A stretch of DNA of 64,000 nt from Clostridiales bacterium (GCA_015055905.1 SVHI01000003.1:12942-76941); one strand, 5' to 3'. Numbered from the stretch's first letter, positions 54,973 to 64,000 are shown. Notes: a model not told the origin generated them from the sequence alone. Program-made: numbers and translations.

Positions 54973-55908
54973 ATGAGTATTTTTATTAAAAATGTTGAGT
55001 TGAAATCGAACTTGATTTTAGCGCCAATGGCGGGGTATACAGACATTGCTTTCAGGCATATGTGTTTGGAATATGGTGCGGGTTTGGTTTGCACTGAAAT
55101 GGTGAGCAGCAAAGCACTTCATTACAAAAACAAAAAGACTGAAGAACTTTTGGCTTCTTTTGAAAGTGATAAGCCAACAGCGGTTCAAATTTTTGGCCAC
55201 GAGCCTGACATTATGGCTGAGGCTGTTCAAAATCCGCTTTTGTCAAAGTTTGATGTGATTGATATTAATATGGGTTGCCCAGCAAGAAAGATTATTTCAA
55301 ATGGCGATGGTTCGGCGTTGCTTAATGACATTGAACTTGCAAGGCAAATTATTGAGGCGTGTGTTAAAGCAACAAATAAGCCAGTGACTGTCAAGTTTAG
55401 AATTGGTTATAGCGACGATAAAATCATTGCTGCTAAATTTGCAAAGATGTGTGAAGAGGCAGGGGCTGCCGCTATCACGGTTCACGGCAGAACAACGTCG
55501 CAAGGCTACGCCGGAAAGGTTGATTATGAAACAATTAGGCTTGTGAAAGAGACTGTTTCAATTCCTGTGTTTGCAAATGGTGATTGTAGAACAAAAGAAG
55601 ACTATGAAAACATTTTGAAACTCACTGGCGCGGACGGAATTGCAGTGGGTAGGGGTGCTGTTGGAAAACCCGAGGTGTTTTCACAAATGCTTGGGCTTGA
55701 ATATAGCGAAAATAAACTTGAGCAAATCAGGTTCCATTATGAAACTTTGATGGAGTTTTTTCCTGAAAAATATGTGGTGAAATATATGCGTTCACACCTT
55801 GCAGGATACTTATCGGGAAGATATAAAAATACGACCGCGCTCGTTTCTGTTCTTAAAATGGAAAAATATAGCGAAATTATTGAATTTTTAGCAAAAATAG
55901 TGGTGTAA
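54973..55908 (+). CDS. dusB: tRNA dihydrouridine synthase
   Basis: LAPMAGYTD, DINMGCP and VHGRT motifs. Confidence 0.9.
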   Translation: MSIFIKNVELKSNLILAPMAGYTDIAFRHMCLEYGAGLVCTEMVSSKALHYKNKKTEELLASFESDKPTAVQIFGHEPDIMAEAVQNPLLSKFDVIDINMGCPARKIISNGDGSALLNDIELARQIIEACVKATNKPVTVKFRIGYSDDKIIAAKFAKMCEEAGAAAITVHGRTTSQGYAGKVDYETIRLVKETVSIPVFANGDCRTKEDYENILKLTGADGIAVGRGAVGKPEVFSQMLGLEYSENKLEQIRFHYETLMEFFPEKYVVKYMRSHLAGYLSGRYKNTTALVSVLKMEKYSEIIEFLAKIVV

Positions 55909-55933
55909 TTTAGGAAAATATAGGCTGTTATGT

Positions 55934-55963
55934 TTGACAGTCTATATTATTTTTTTATATAAT
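55934..55963 (+). promoter_or_regulatory. Sigma-70-type promoter of pgk-tpiA
   Basis: TTGACA-18-TATAAT. Confidence 0.5.
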
Positions 55964-56012
55964 AATTATGTGTTTATGGGCACATATAATTTTATTATGA
56001 GGTGTAAGTTTT

Positions 56013-57341
56013 ATGAAAAAGAAAACTTTTAAAGATATTGATGTTGCAGGCAAGAGAGTTTTTGTCCGCGTAGATTTTAACGTTCCACAAGATGATAACG
56101 GAAAGGTTACTGATGACACTAGAATTAGAGCAGCGCTCCCAACCATTAATTATTTGGTTAAGCAAAACGCTCGCGTTATTCTTTGTTCTCACCTTGGTCG
56201 TCCAAAGGGTGTTGTGAATGAAAAATATTCACTCGCTCCAGTTGCTGAGCGTTTGTCAGAACTTATTAACTTGCCAGTTGCTATGGCTAAAGATGTTGTG
56301 GGCGAGAGTGCAAAATCTCTTGTTAAAGAAATGAAAGACGGCGAAATTGTTTTGCTTGAAAATGTTCGTTTCCACGCAGAAGAAGAAAAGAATGAAGACA
56401 CATTTGCAAAAGAACTTGCTAGTTTAGCTGATATTTATGTTAATGATGCTTTTGGAACAGCTCACAGAGCACACGCTTCAACAGCAGGCATTGCTAGATA
56501 TCTTCCAGCAGTTGCAGGCTTTTTGATGGATAGCGAAATTATGGCACTTTCAAACGCTGTTGAAAATGCTGAAAAACCACTCGTTGTTATCCTTGGTGGT
56601 GCAAAGGTTTCAGATAAGATTAACGTTATCTCAAAACTTATGACAAAAGCAAACACCATTTTAATCGGTGGTGCTATGGCTAATACATTCCTTGCTGCAA
56701 AGGGTTATAATGTTGGCTTCTCTAAATATGAAGCAGACAGAATCGATGTTGCAAAAGAACTTATGGAACAAGCTGAAAAACTTAATGTTAACTTGATTTT
56801 GCCAGTTGACGTTTTGTGTGGAAGCGAGTTTGCTCAAGATGCTAAACGCAAGACTTTTGCTGCAGACAAGATTGCTGATGGTTATCAAGCAATGGATATC
56901 GGCAAAAAGACAAGAAAACTCTATGCTAGCGAAATCAAAAACGCTAAAACTATCATTTGGAATGGTCCTATGGGCGTGTTTGAGTTTAAAAAATTCAGCA
57001 AGGGAACACTTTCAATCGCTAAGGCAGTTGCTAAATCTGGTGCTGTTTCAGTTGTTGGTGGTGGTGACTCTGCTGCTGCTCTTCAACAACTTGGTTATGC
57101 AAACAAAGTTACACACCTTTCAACAGGTGGTGGTGCAACTCTTGAATTCTTAGAAGGAAAAGACCTTCCGGGCGTTGCAATGCTTGAAGACAAAGAAACT
57201 GAAAAGAAAGCAAAGACTATGGACTTTAGTTCAATCGACCTTAGAACAATCAACAAAGGCAAAACTGCTAAGAAAACTGAGGCTAAAAAAGAAGAAAAGA
57301 AGCCAGTTGTTAAGTCAAGAACTAAAACAACAAAGAAATAG
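56013..57341 (+). CDS. pgk: Phosphoglycerate kinase with a C-terminal Lys-rich extension of about 45 aa
   Basis: [15 protein letters not shown] and GGGDS motifs. The canonical end ...[15 protein letters not shown] falls near nt 57190, and the ORF continues to 57341. Confidence 0.9.
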   Translation: MKKKTFKDIDVAGKRVFVRVDFNVPQDDNGKVTDDTRIRAALPTINYLVKQNARVILCSHLGRPKGVVNEKYSLAPVAERLSELINLPVAMAKDVVGESAKSLVKEMKDGEIVLLENVRFHAEEEKNEDTFAKELASLADIYVNDAFGTAHRAHASTAGIARYLPAVAGFLMDSEIMALSNAVENAEKPLVVILGGAKVSDKINVISKLMTKANTILIGGAMANTFLAAKGYNVGFSKYEADRIDVAKELMEQAEKLNVNLILPVDVLCGSEFAQDAKRKTFAADKIADGYQAMDIGKKTRKLYASEIKNAKTIIWNGPMGVFEFKKFSKGTLSIAKAVAKSGAVSVVGGGDSAAALQQLGYANKVTHLSTGGGATLEFLEGKDLPGVAMLEDKETEKKAKTMDFSSIDLRTINKGKTAKKTEAKKEEKKPVVKSRTKTTKK

Positions 57342-57351
57342 GAAGGGTTAT

Positions 57352-58068
57352 ATGGATAAAATTATTGCCGCTAACTGGAAAATGAATAATACTTTCGCTG
57401 ATATTAAACCATTTGTGAAATATATTAAGAAAAACCAAAAGAATAAGAACAACTTGGTTGTTTGTGTTCCTTCTGTTATGCTTAGCGAATTTGCTAAGCA
57501 AGCAAAGGGTGTTTGCGAAACAGGTGCACAAAACTGTTATTTTGAGGCAAAAGGCGCATACACTGGCGAAATTTCTGCTAGTATGGTGAAGAGCACTGGT
57601 GCAAACTACACACTTGTTGGTCACAGTGAAAGAAGACAACTTTTTGGTGAAACCAACGAAATGCTCAACAAAAAACTTGTTGCTGCACTCAAAGAAGGTT
57701 TGAAAGTAATCTTCTGCATTGGCGAAGTTTTGGAAGAAAAATCAAAATATAAATCAGTTTTAAAGAAACAAATCGTTGAAGGATTTGCTGGAATTACTGA
57801 TTTTTCAAACATTGTTGTTGCTTATGAGCCAGTTTGGGCTATTGGAACAGGAAAGGTTGCAACAACCGCTGACATTAAAAAAGTTCACGCTTTTGTTAAG
57901 CAAACATTCAAAGAAAACTTTGGTGTTGATATGCTTGTTTTGTATGGTGGTAGTGTTAAACCTTCAAACAGCAAGGAAATCTTGGCTTTAGACGAAGTTG
58001 ACGGCGTTTTGATTGGCGGTGCAAGCCTTAAAGCTGAAGATTATATTGCTATTGCACAAAGCAGATAA
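57352..58068 (+). CDS. tpiA: Triose-phosphate isomerase
   Basis: MDKIIAANWKMN, VGHSERR and AYEPVWAIGTG motifs. A GGAAGG SD precedes ATG 57352. The track ORF begins at TTG 57175 inside pgk. Confidence 0.9.
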   Translation: MDKIIAANWKMNNTFADIKPFVKYIKKNQKNKNNLVVCVPSVMLSEFAKQAKGVCETGAQNCYFEAKGAYTGEISASMVKSTGANYTLVGHSERRQLFGETNEMLNKKLVAALKEGLKVIFCIGEVLEEKSKYKSVLKKQIVEGFAGITDFSNIVVAYEPVWAIGTGKVATTADIKKVHAFVKQTFKENFGVDMLVLYGGSVKPSNSKEILALDEVDGVLIGGASLKAEDYIAIAQSR

Positions 58069-58078
58069 GGAAAATGTT

Positions 58079-58306
58079 ATGTGGATTGAAATTTTTCAAA
58101 TATTAATGCTTGCTCAAACCGAGCAAGAGAAGAATATAACACGATTTGGCTTAATTTTTCTTGGCTTATTTGTTGGTGTTTTGCTTCTTGACGCGTTTTC
58201 AAAAGGCAAACTCATTTCAACAAAAGGGCATCTCAAGAAAATTCTTATTGTGGTTTTCGTGTTGATTTTTCTTGTGTTATTTGTGATTAAAACTTTCAAT
58301 AATTAA
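58079..58306 (+). CDS. Small membrane protein (75 aa)
   Basis: AAGGA SD 7 nt before ATG 58079. Two hydrophobic helices. Confidence 0.45.
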   Translation: MWIEIFQILMLAQTEQEKNITRFGLIFLGLFVGVLLLDAFSKGKLISTKGHLKKILIVVFVLIFLVLFVIKTFNN

Positions 58307-58375
58307 AATAATTTATAAATGACTTGAAATATAAAACTCTATGTGATATAATTTGCGTAGTTTTTTGGAGGATAT

Positions 58376-58702
58376 ATGAATATTTACGCATTGATGTGTG
58401 CTGATGAAAATGTATCAAGAGCAACTTGGGTTGTTGAATCATTCCCAATCATTAAAATTGTTATTATGTGTATGCTTTTATTGCTTTCTATTGCAATGAT
58501 TGTTTTGGTTCTTATGCAAAAGAGCAATAATAACGGTTCTGCTGCTCTCACTGGTCAAACTGATACATTTTATAGCAGAAACAAAAAATCAACATTACAA
58601 GGCAAAATCAAGGTTATGACAATCGTTGTTGCAGTGGCAATGATGGTTCTTTGTGTTACATTTATGATTTTGTCACAAATCTACGCAGGAACTATTGCTT
58701 AA
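58376..58702 (+). CDS. secG: Preprotein translocase subunit SecG-like (with an N-terminal extension)
   Basis: Two TM helices with ...LVLMQKSNNNGSAALTG... (the SecG LLQ.gKg.G.s pattern). This is the usual position after glycolytic genes. Confidence 0.6.
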   Translation: MNIYALMCADENVSRATWVVESFPIIKIVIMCMLLLLSIAMIVLVLMQKSNNNGSAALTGQTDTFYSRNKKSTLQGKIKVMTIVVAVAMMVLCVTFMILSQIYAGTIA

Positions 58703-58710
58703 GATTTTAA

Positions 58711-58736
58711 AACACAGAGAAATCTGTGTTTTTTTT
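58711..58736 (+). terminator. Intrinsic terminator
   Basis: ACACAGA-gaaa-TCTGTGT followed by T7. Confidence 0.8.
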
Positions 58737-58788
58737 GTGCATAATTTTCTCTTTTTAGCAAAGACTATTAGTAAAAGGAGAGGTGATT

Positions 58789-59016
58789 ATGATTTTAATA
58801 AACATTATTGCACTTAGCGTTTTAATTTTAGGGGCTCTAAATTGGTTTACCGTTGGCGTTTTCTCTTGGAACCTTTTGAGTTGGATGTTTGGTGTTGGAG
58901 TTTTTGTTAGAATTCTTTATGCCATTGTTGGTATTGCGGGTATTTGGATGCTTATTCAACTTATCGTTAGAAGAACAAGACTCTTTAGTAAAGACGAAAC
59001 AATGAAAAGAGGATAG
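58789..59016 (+). CDS. DUF378 family membrane protein
   Basis: The LILGALNWFTVGVF..NLLSWMFG pattern is characteristic of DUF378. ATG 58789 follows an AGGAGAGG SD. Confidence 0.7.
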   Translation: MILINIIALSVLILGALNWFTVGVFSWNLLSWMFGVGVFVRILYAIVGIAGIWMLIQLIVRRTRLFSKDETMKRG

Positions 59017-59094
59017 GATATTTCCTATCTTTTTTTACTATTTATTTTGACTTTAAGTTCGCTAAGAGTATATACTTTATTAGAGGTGACATAA

Positions 59095-60849
59095 ATGAAT
59101 ACTACTTGGGATTTATCAAAAATTTATAACTCAAATGATGCGTTTTATAGCGACCTAGAAAAGGCTAAAAAAATGCTTGTAAACCTTGAAAAATTCAGGG
59201 GTAAACTCAATAATGCAGATGACATTATTGCTTATTTTTTGGCAGAAAGTGAACTTTCAATAATAATTGAAAAACTTGCTGTTTTTTCATTCTGTAAAAA
59301 AGACGATAATGGCAAAGATAACGACAATGTGAAAAATTATGCAGTTGCAGACAATTTTATTGCTGAAGTTAATGAAAAACTTGCTTTTTCAAAAACCGAA
59401 CTTGCGGCGCTTGAAACAGATTTTCTTTCTGGGTTAAAAAATGATGAAAGATTTAAAGACTACGACAGAGTTTTGGAAGATATTATTAGGTTTAAAGCGC
59501 ACACATTAACTGAAAAAGAAGAGCAAAATATTGCACAAATTTCGGCTTTTAATAACACCAATGATATTTTTAGTGTTCTTAGCAATTTGGAAATGGAACA
59601 CGGAAGTTTTATTGATGAAAATGGTAAGGAAGTTAAACTTAGTCCTCAAAACTATAATCTTTGTATGAACTCACCAGATGCGAGAGTGAGAAAAGATGTT
59701 ATGGAGGCTTATTATGGCGAATATGGCAAGCTTAAACAAACTTATGCTGGTCTTTTGTCATCACACATAAAATATCAAAACTATTTGGCAAAAACTTATA
59801 AATTTAATTCGGTTTTGGATATGAAGTGTTATGGGGAAGAAGTTGAGCCTGAAATTATGATGGTTAACATCAAAAATGTAAGTTCTCATAAAGACCTTCT
59901 TCATAGATATTTTAAGGTAAAAAAGAAGATTCTTGGGTTAGATGAGTTTTATACTTCAGATATCAGCACAGCAATTTTAAATGAAGACAAGAAAAAAGTT
60001 ACTTATGAAGAGGCTGTTGAAGGAATTAGAAACTCGTTGGTTGTGCTTGGTGAAGACTACGCACAAATGTTTGAAGAAGCCGTCAAAAATGGCTGGATAG
60101 ACGCTTATCCTAGAGAAAATAAGACAAGTGGGGGATACACCACAGGAACTTACCACGAACACCCATATATTCTCTTAAATTTTGATGGAACAAGAGAGTG
60201 GGCATCTGCGTTAACTCACGAATTTGGACACGCAATGCATTCTTATTATTCAGCAAAAAATCAACCTTATCCAAAATATGACTATACTTTGTTTGTTGCT
60301 GAGGTTGTTTCGCTCACAAACGAAATTTTATATAATAAATACCTAATTTCAAAGGCAGAAACAAGAGAAGAAAAAATGAAACTCTTGGCTGAATTTTTGC
60401 AATTATTTGAACTTAATGTGTTTGATTCGAGTATGCTTGCAGAGTTTGAACTTTTCATTCACGAAAAGCATCAAGAAGGCGAATCACTCACTGCGGAAGA
60501 CTATTCAAATAAGTTCAAGCAGTTGGCGGAAAGTTACTTTGGAAAGGGTGTGAAGCTTTGCAAAAATTATGAATATGGTTGGTGCAGAAAATCACACATT
60601 TACAGAGATTATTATCTTTATAAATACTCAATGGGCTTGTGTTGTGCGTGCACAATAGCGTCAAATCTGCTTGAAGATAAATCTGGTGAGAGCCTTGCTA
60701 AATATAGAAAATTCTTGACTTTAGGTGGCTCTCTTGACCCAATTTCTTCACTTAAAGTTGCGGGAATTGATGTTAAGTCTAGCGAGATTTATGAAAAGGC
60801 ATTTGCAATGTTTGAGAGTTATTTAAATGAACTTGAAAAATTATCATAA
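59095..60849 (+). CDS. pepF: Oligoendopeptidase F (M3B)
   Basis: 584 aa with the zincin motif HEFGHAMH and M3B-type length and architecture. Confidence 0.85.
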   Translation: MNTTWDLSKIYNSNDAFYSDLEKAKKMLVNLEKFRGKLNNADDIIAYFLAESELSIIIEKLAVFSFCKKDDNGKDNDNVKNYAVADNFIAEVNEKLAFSKTELAALETDFLSGLKNDERFKDYDRVLEDIIRFKAHTLTEKEEQNIAQISAFNNTNDIFSVLSNLEMEHGSFIDENGKEVKLSPQNYNLCMNSPDARVRKDVMEAYYGEYGKLKQTYAGLLSSHIKYQNYLAKTYKFNSVLDMKCYGEEVEPEIMMVNIKNVSSHKDLLHRYFKVKKKILGLDEFYTSDISTAILNEDKKKVTYEEAVEGIRNSLVVLGEDYAQMFEEAVKNGWIDAYPRENKTSGGYTTGTYHEHPYILLNFDGTREWASALTHEFGHAMHSYYSAKNQPYPKYDYTLFVAEVVSLTNEILYNKYLISKAETREEKMKLLAEFLQLFELNVFDSSMLAEFELFIHEKHQEGESLTAEDYSNKFKQLAESYFGKGVKLCKNYEYGWCRKSHIYRDYYLYKYSMGLCCACTIASNLLEDKSGESLAKYRKFLTLGGSLDPISSLKVAGIDVKSSEIYEKAFAMFESYLNELEKLS

Positions 60850-61007
60850 AATAGAAGAAAAATATAAAAAAATATAAAAAATAGGTAATTTTTTGCCTAT
60901 TTTTTTATTATTTTATTTTTATTTATTAAACTGCGAAATTAAATTTGACCTTGATAAGCAAAATAACTATAATAAAGTTGTATTAGTATATATAATAGGA
61001 GCGAGTT

Positions 61008-62612
61008 ATGAGCAAATTTGTTATTGTGACTGGTGGTGTTATATCAAATTTAGGAAAGGGAATTACCGCAGCAGGTCTTGGTAGACTTCTCAAAAATAGA
61101 GGGGTTAGAGTTACTATGCAAAAATTCAACCCATATTTAAACGTTGACCCAGGAACTATGAGTCCTTATCAACACGGGGAAGTGTTTGTTACTGATGACG
61201 GGGCTGAAACCGACCTTGACATTGGTCACTATGAAAGATTTTTGGATATGAACCTCACTAGAGTTAGTGATATTTCAGGTGGAAAACTCTTTTCATCAGT
61301 TATCAATAAAGAAAGACTTGGAAAATATGTTGGTTCAACAGTTGGCATTGTTCCTCACGTTACAACAGAAGTTAAAGAGAGTATGATGGCTCTTGCATCT
61401 GCTGATTTTGATGTTGTTATTGTTGAAATTGGTGGAACAATGAACGATATGGAAACTAACATCTATTTGCAAGGTGTTAGACAACTTATTTCAGAAGTTG
61501 GAAACGAAAATGTGTTCATTTTGCACGTTGACTACTTGCCACACTTGGAAGTTACTGGTGAAACAAAGATTGAAACAGTTCAAAACTCAATTCAAAAACT
61601 TAATAGTTACGGCATTAACGCTGATGCTATTGTTTGTAGAACCACAAAAGACGCTGAACTTAATGGGGACACCAAAAAGAGAATTGCTAGACGTTGCTTT
61701 ATGAATTCTGAAAAGTCTATTATTCAAGTTCCTGACCTTGACACTGTTTATGAAATTCCAGTGGTTCTTCAAAAAGAAGGACTTGATGATTTGATTTTGC
61801 AAAAGTTTAGATTAAACTTGCCAAAAGCAGACCTTAAATCTTGGGAATTTATGCTCACAAACTTCAAAGGTGATTATCCTGAAATTAGATTCTGTATTGT
61901 TGGAAAATATACAAAAGTTTCTGACGCATACATTACAATCGAAGAGGCAATCAAGCACGCCTGCACATACAACCAAGTTAAAGCAAAAATTGAGCTTATT
62001 GATGCTGAAGACGTTGAAGAGGTTGGTGTTGAAAGATTCCTTAAAGGTGCAAAGGCTATTATTGTTCCATCAGGTTGGGGAAGCCGTGGCTTGAATGGTA
62101 TGCTTATGGCAATTAACTATGCTAGAATTAACAAGATTCCATATCTTGGAATTGGTCTTGGTATGCAACTTGCAGCGGTTGAAGTCGCTAGAAATGAACT
62201 TGGTATGATTGGTGCAAACACCACTGAAATTGACCCTAACACAGACTTCCCAGTTGTTGATGTTATGGCAGAGCAAAAGGCTGTTGTTATGAAGGGTGGA
62301 ACAATGAGACTTGGTTCTTATAAATGCGTTCTTGACCCATCATCTCAGGTGTCAAAATTGTATGGTAAAGAGCTTATTGAAGAGCGTCATAGACATCGTT
62401 ATGAATTTAACGGAAAGTTCTCTGAAAAGTTCGAAAAAGCGGGTATTTTAATGGCTGGTATGAACCCAGAAAGCAAGCTTGTTGAAATCATCGAGTTTAA
62501 AAACCACCCATTCTTCATTGGAACAATCTTTGAGGTTGGAAATAAGTCTAGACCAAACAGACCACACCCATTATTCTTGGGACTCGCAAACACTGCAAAG
62601 AGTGTTAGATAA
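61008..62612 (+). CDS. pyrG: CTP synthase
   Basis: FVIVTGGVISNLGKGITAA N-terminus and a C-terminal GATase with GIGLGMQ and HRHRYEFN. Confidence 0.95.
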   Translation: MSKFVIVTGGVISNLGKGITAAGLGRLLKNRGVRVTMQKFNPYLNVDPGTMSPYQHGEVFVTDDGAETDLDIGHYERFLDMNLTRVSDISGGKLFSSVINKERLGKYVGSTVGIVPHVTTEVKESMMALASADFDVVIVEIGGTMNDMETNIYLQGVRQLISEVGNENVFILHVDYLPHLEVTGETKIETVQNSIQKLNSYGINADAIVCRTTKDAELNGDTKKRIARRCFMNSEKSIIQVPDLDTVYEIPVVLQKEGLDDLILQKFRLNLPKADLKSWEFMLTNFKGDYPEIRFCIVGKYTKVSDAYITIEEAIKHACTYNQVKAKIELIDAEDVEEVGVERFLKGAKAIIVPSGWGSRGLNGMLMAINYARINKIPYLGIGLGMQLAAVEVARNELGMIGANTTEIDPNTDFPVVDVMAEQKAVVMKGGTMRLGSYKCVLDPSSQVSKLYGKELIEERHRHRYEFNGKFSEKFEKAGILMAGMNPESKLVEIIEFKNHPFFIGTIFEVGNKSRPNRPHPLFLGLANTAKSVR

Positions 62613-62621
62613 AAGCAAAAT

Positions 62622-62657
62622 AAAAACGGATTTGATAATTCAAATCCGTTTTTTTTA
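62622..62657. terminator. Bidirectional intrinsic terminator
   Basis: AACGGATTTGA-taat-TCAAATCCGTT flanked by an A-run and a T-run, between convergent genes. Confidence 0.8.
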
Positions 62658-62667
62658 TTGATTAAAT

Positions 62668-63480
62668 TTATTGTTCACGTTTGATTGCAATGATGTGCAA
62701 GCGGTTAACGTCTTCAATGTTTGAAATAGGGGATAAACTTGCGTCAGTTGTGATTAAATATCTATATCCTGCAGCCTTTAATTGATTCAAGATTTCTTGG
62801 TTTTCAAAGTAATATTCAACTGAAGTATTTTCTGTTTTCTTGAATTTGTTTTCATAGTTGTTCATTCCGTATTCTCTATCCATCGCAAATGTGGTGGTAT
62901 CTTTTTCCTTGCTCACAATGTTGATGTAATAGATGTTTGAAATTGAAGTTGTTGTTTTTCCGTCGCTAACGATGTTTTTGATATAATCAAGTTTGTCGTT
63001 GCTGTCAAAAACTGTTTCATTCCATTCTTGAAGTTTTCTTTTTGTGTAAAAGTCAAAAAGGAAAATGCCACCATTATTTAAATGTTTGTAAACATTTTTG
63101 AAGAAATTGCCCCAAGATTCAAGGGTAGGGAGCATATTAACAACGTCGTGGTTGCAAGAAATAAGGTCATAAGTTCCAAGATTTTCAAGGTCGTCAATGC
63201 CTTCAGTCTTTATGAACTTAATGTCTTTGAATTTGTTTTTATCATATTCAATATAACTATCTAAAAACTCAGTTCCTGTGCAGTCTAAACCATTGTCTCT
63301 CATATATTCAAGGAAGTTTGCTGAACCGCAGCATACGTCGAGAACAGAGTGGACTTTAAGACCTTGAAGTTTAATGAAGTTTAGAACTTTTTTTGCAAGG
63401 GTTGCAGAATAGTTTCCTTGGTTTTCGCTCCAAGCTATCGCAAATGCTTCACTGAAATTTGAATCACTGATATTATTCAT
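62668..63480 (-). CDS. Class I SAM-dependent methyltransferase
   Basis: Motif I VLDVCCGSANF and the post-motif YDLISCNHDVVN...NNGGIFLFDF. Confidence 0.75.
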   Translation of the reverse strand: MNNISDSNFSEAFAIAWSENQGNYSATLAKKVLNFIKLQGLKVHSVLDVCCGSANFLEYMRDNGLDCTGTEFLDSYIEYDKNKFKDIKFIKTEGIDDLENLGTYDLISCNHDVVNMLPTLESWGNFFKNVYKHLNNGGIFLFDFYTKRKLQEWNETVFDSNDKLDYIKNIVSDGKTTTSISNIYYINIVSKEKDTTTFAMDREYGMNNYENKFKKTENTSVEYYFENQEILNQLKAAGYRYLITTDASLSPISNIEDVNRLHIIAIKREQ

Positions 63481-63489
63481 AATAACTCC

Positions 63490-64000
63490 TTATTTTTTTG
63501 ATGCTAAAACATAGATTCTTTCAACATAGTTGAGAGATTCAAGTGGATTGAGGTTCTCGTCAACAAATTGAACATTTTTGAATCCTGCTTTAATGAGTGC
63601 TTCTTTAACTTGCTCTGCTTCATAATAACATTCAGTTACCACGTCTTTAGTTTTGATGTAGAAGTTTTCGTAGTTAATATAGTATTGATATGTTATCATT
63701 GTCTTGTCAAAAATACCAGACTTAACAGTTGTTAAGCAGTCTAAGTGTGGGGAAGATGTATATTTTGTTTCGTTCCAGTTTGCAAGTTTATACTTTGAGT
63801 AGAAGTCAAACATAAACAAACCGTGTTTATTTAAACGTTTTGAAACATTTTTAAACAAAAGTTCCCATTCACTAAAGTCTTCTAGGTAGTTAATGATGTC
63901 GTGAGTGCAGGTGATGAGGTCAACTTTCTCTTTTCCTGGCATTTCATACATCTTTTTTGTTAAGTAATATGTTGCTGAAGGAATCTTTTCTTTTGAATAT
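63490..64000 (-). CDS. Class I SAM-dependent methyltransferase, paralog of the downstream gene; the 5' end lies outside the window
   Basis: The frame stays open from 63951 to the window edge. VDLITCTHDIIN...NKHGLFMFDF aligns with the neighbouring gene. Confidence 0.7.
   Translation of the reverse strand, partial: YSKEKIPSATYYLTKKMYEMPGKEKVDLITCTHDIINYLEDFSEWELLFKNVSKRLNKHGLFMFDFYSKYKLANWNETKYTSSPHLDCLTTVKSGIFDKTMITYQYYINYENFYIKTKDVVTECYYEAEQVKEALIKAGFKNVQFVDENLNPLESLNYVERIYVLASKK

Noticed and set aside
57175-57351. N-terminal extension of tpiA as drawn in the ORF track (TTG 57175)
   Set aside because: TIM homology begins at MDKIIAANWKMN (ATG 57352), which has its own SD. The upstream part overlaps pgk in another frame. 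It is retained only as a frameshift-fusion hypothesis.
60893-61084. 63-aa ORF overlapping the pyrG promoter and start
   Set aside because: It covers a terminator T-run and the TTGACC...TATAAT promoter region, then runs out of frame into pyrG. Its product is low-complexity with no SD.
1-64000. Defence systems, toxin-antitoxin pairs, secretion systems or prophage content
   Set aside because: I looked for nuclease/helicase/ATPase/methylase combinations, small adjacent ORF pairs, integrases and capsid/terminase-like genes. Only housekeeping helicases (addA, mfd), a lone XRE regulator and non-DNA-type methyltransferases are present, so no such system can be supported from the sequence.

Overview
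This is a 64-kb, AT-rich, densely coding bacterial chromosome segment with about 70 genes, most on the + strand. Gene content and order match the conserved origin-proximal housekeeping region of low-GC Gram-positive bacteria (Bacillota). Recognised genes are addA (3' end), hup, serS, lepB, veg, greA, holB-ricT, a yabB-like methyltransferase, spmA/spmB, tatD-rsmA, tRNA-Glu(CUC), clpB, an ABC-2 exporter, tadA, glmU-like-pth-mfd, a PrsA-like foldase, pyk, a MurJ/SpoVB-like flippase, dusB, pgk-tpiA-secG, pepF and pyrG. Many lipoproteins and envelope proteins of unknown function are interspersed. I found no transposase, integrase, phage, CRISPR/cas or recognisable defence genes, so there is no clear-cut novel multi-gene system. 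Six things stand out. (1) A GC-rich 2.4-copy tandem array (about 174-bp unit) lies directly downstream of tRNA-Glu; it carries conserved hairpins and tRNA-3'-end-like motifs and is a candidate structured RNA or tRNA-derived element. (2) At least seven genes have a -10 hexamer exactly 6 nt before the ATG and no Shine-Dalgarno, suggesting leaderless mRNAs. (3) A 719-aa membrane-anchored, largely disordered protein carries a prion-like Q/N/Y stretch and a canonical AT-hook. (4) pgk has a Lys-rich tail, and the tpiA frame stays open across that tail. (5) Two degenerate GlmU-like genes are present. (6) Regulatory elements include a CIRCE operator on the clpB promoter, an XRE operator palindrome, and a terminator-containing leader upstream of the ABC-2 transporter. 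All functional calls come from motif recognition by eye; no database search was run.
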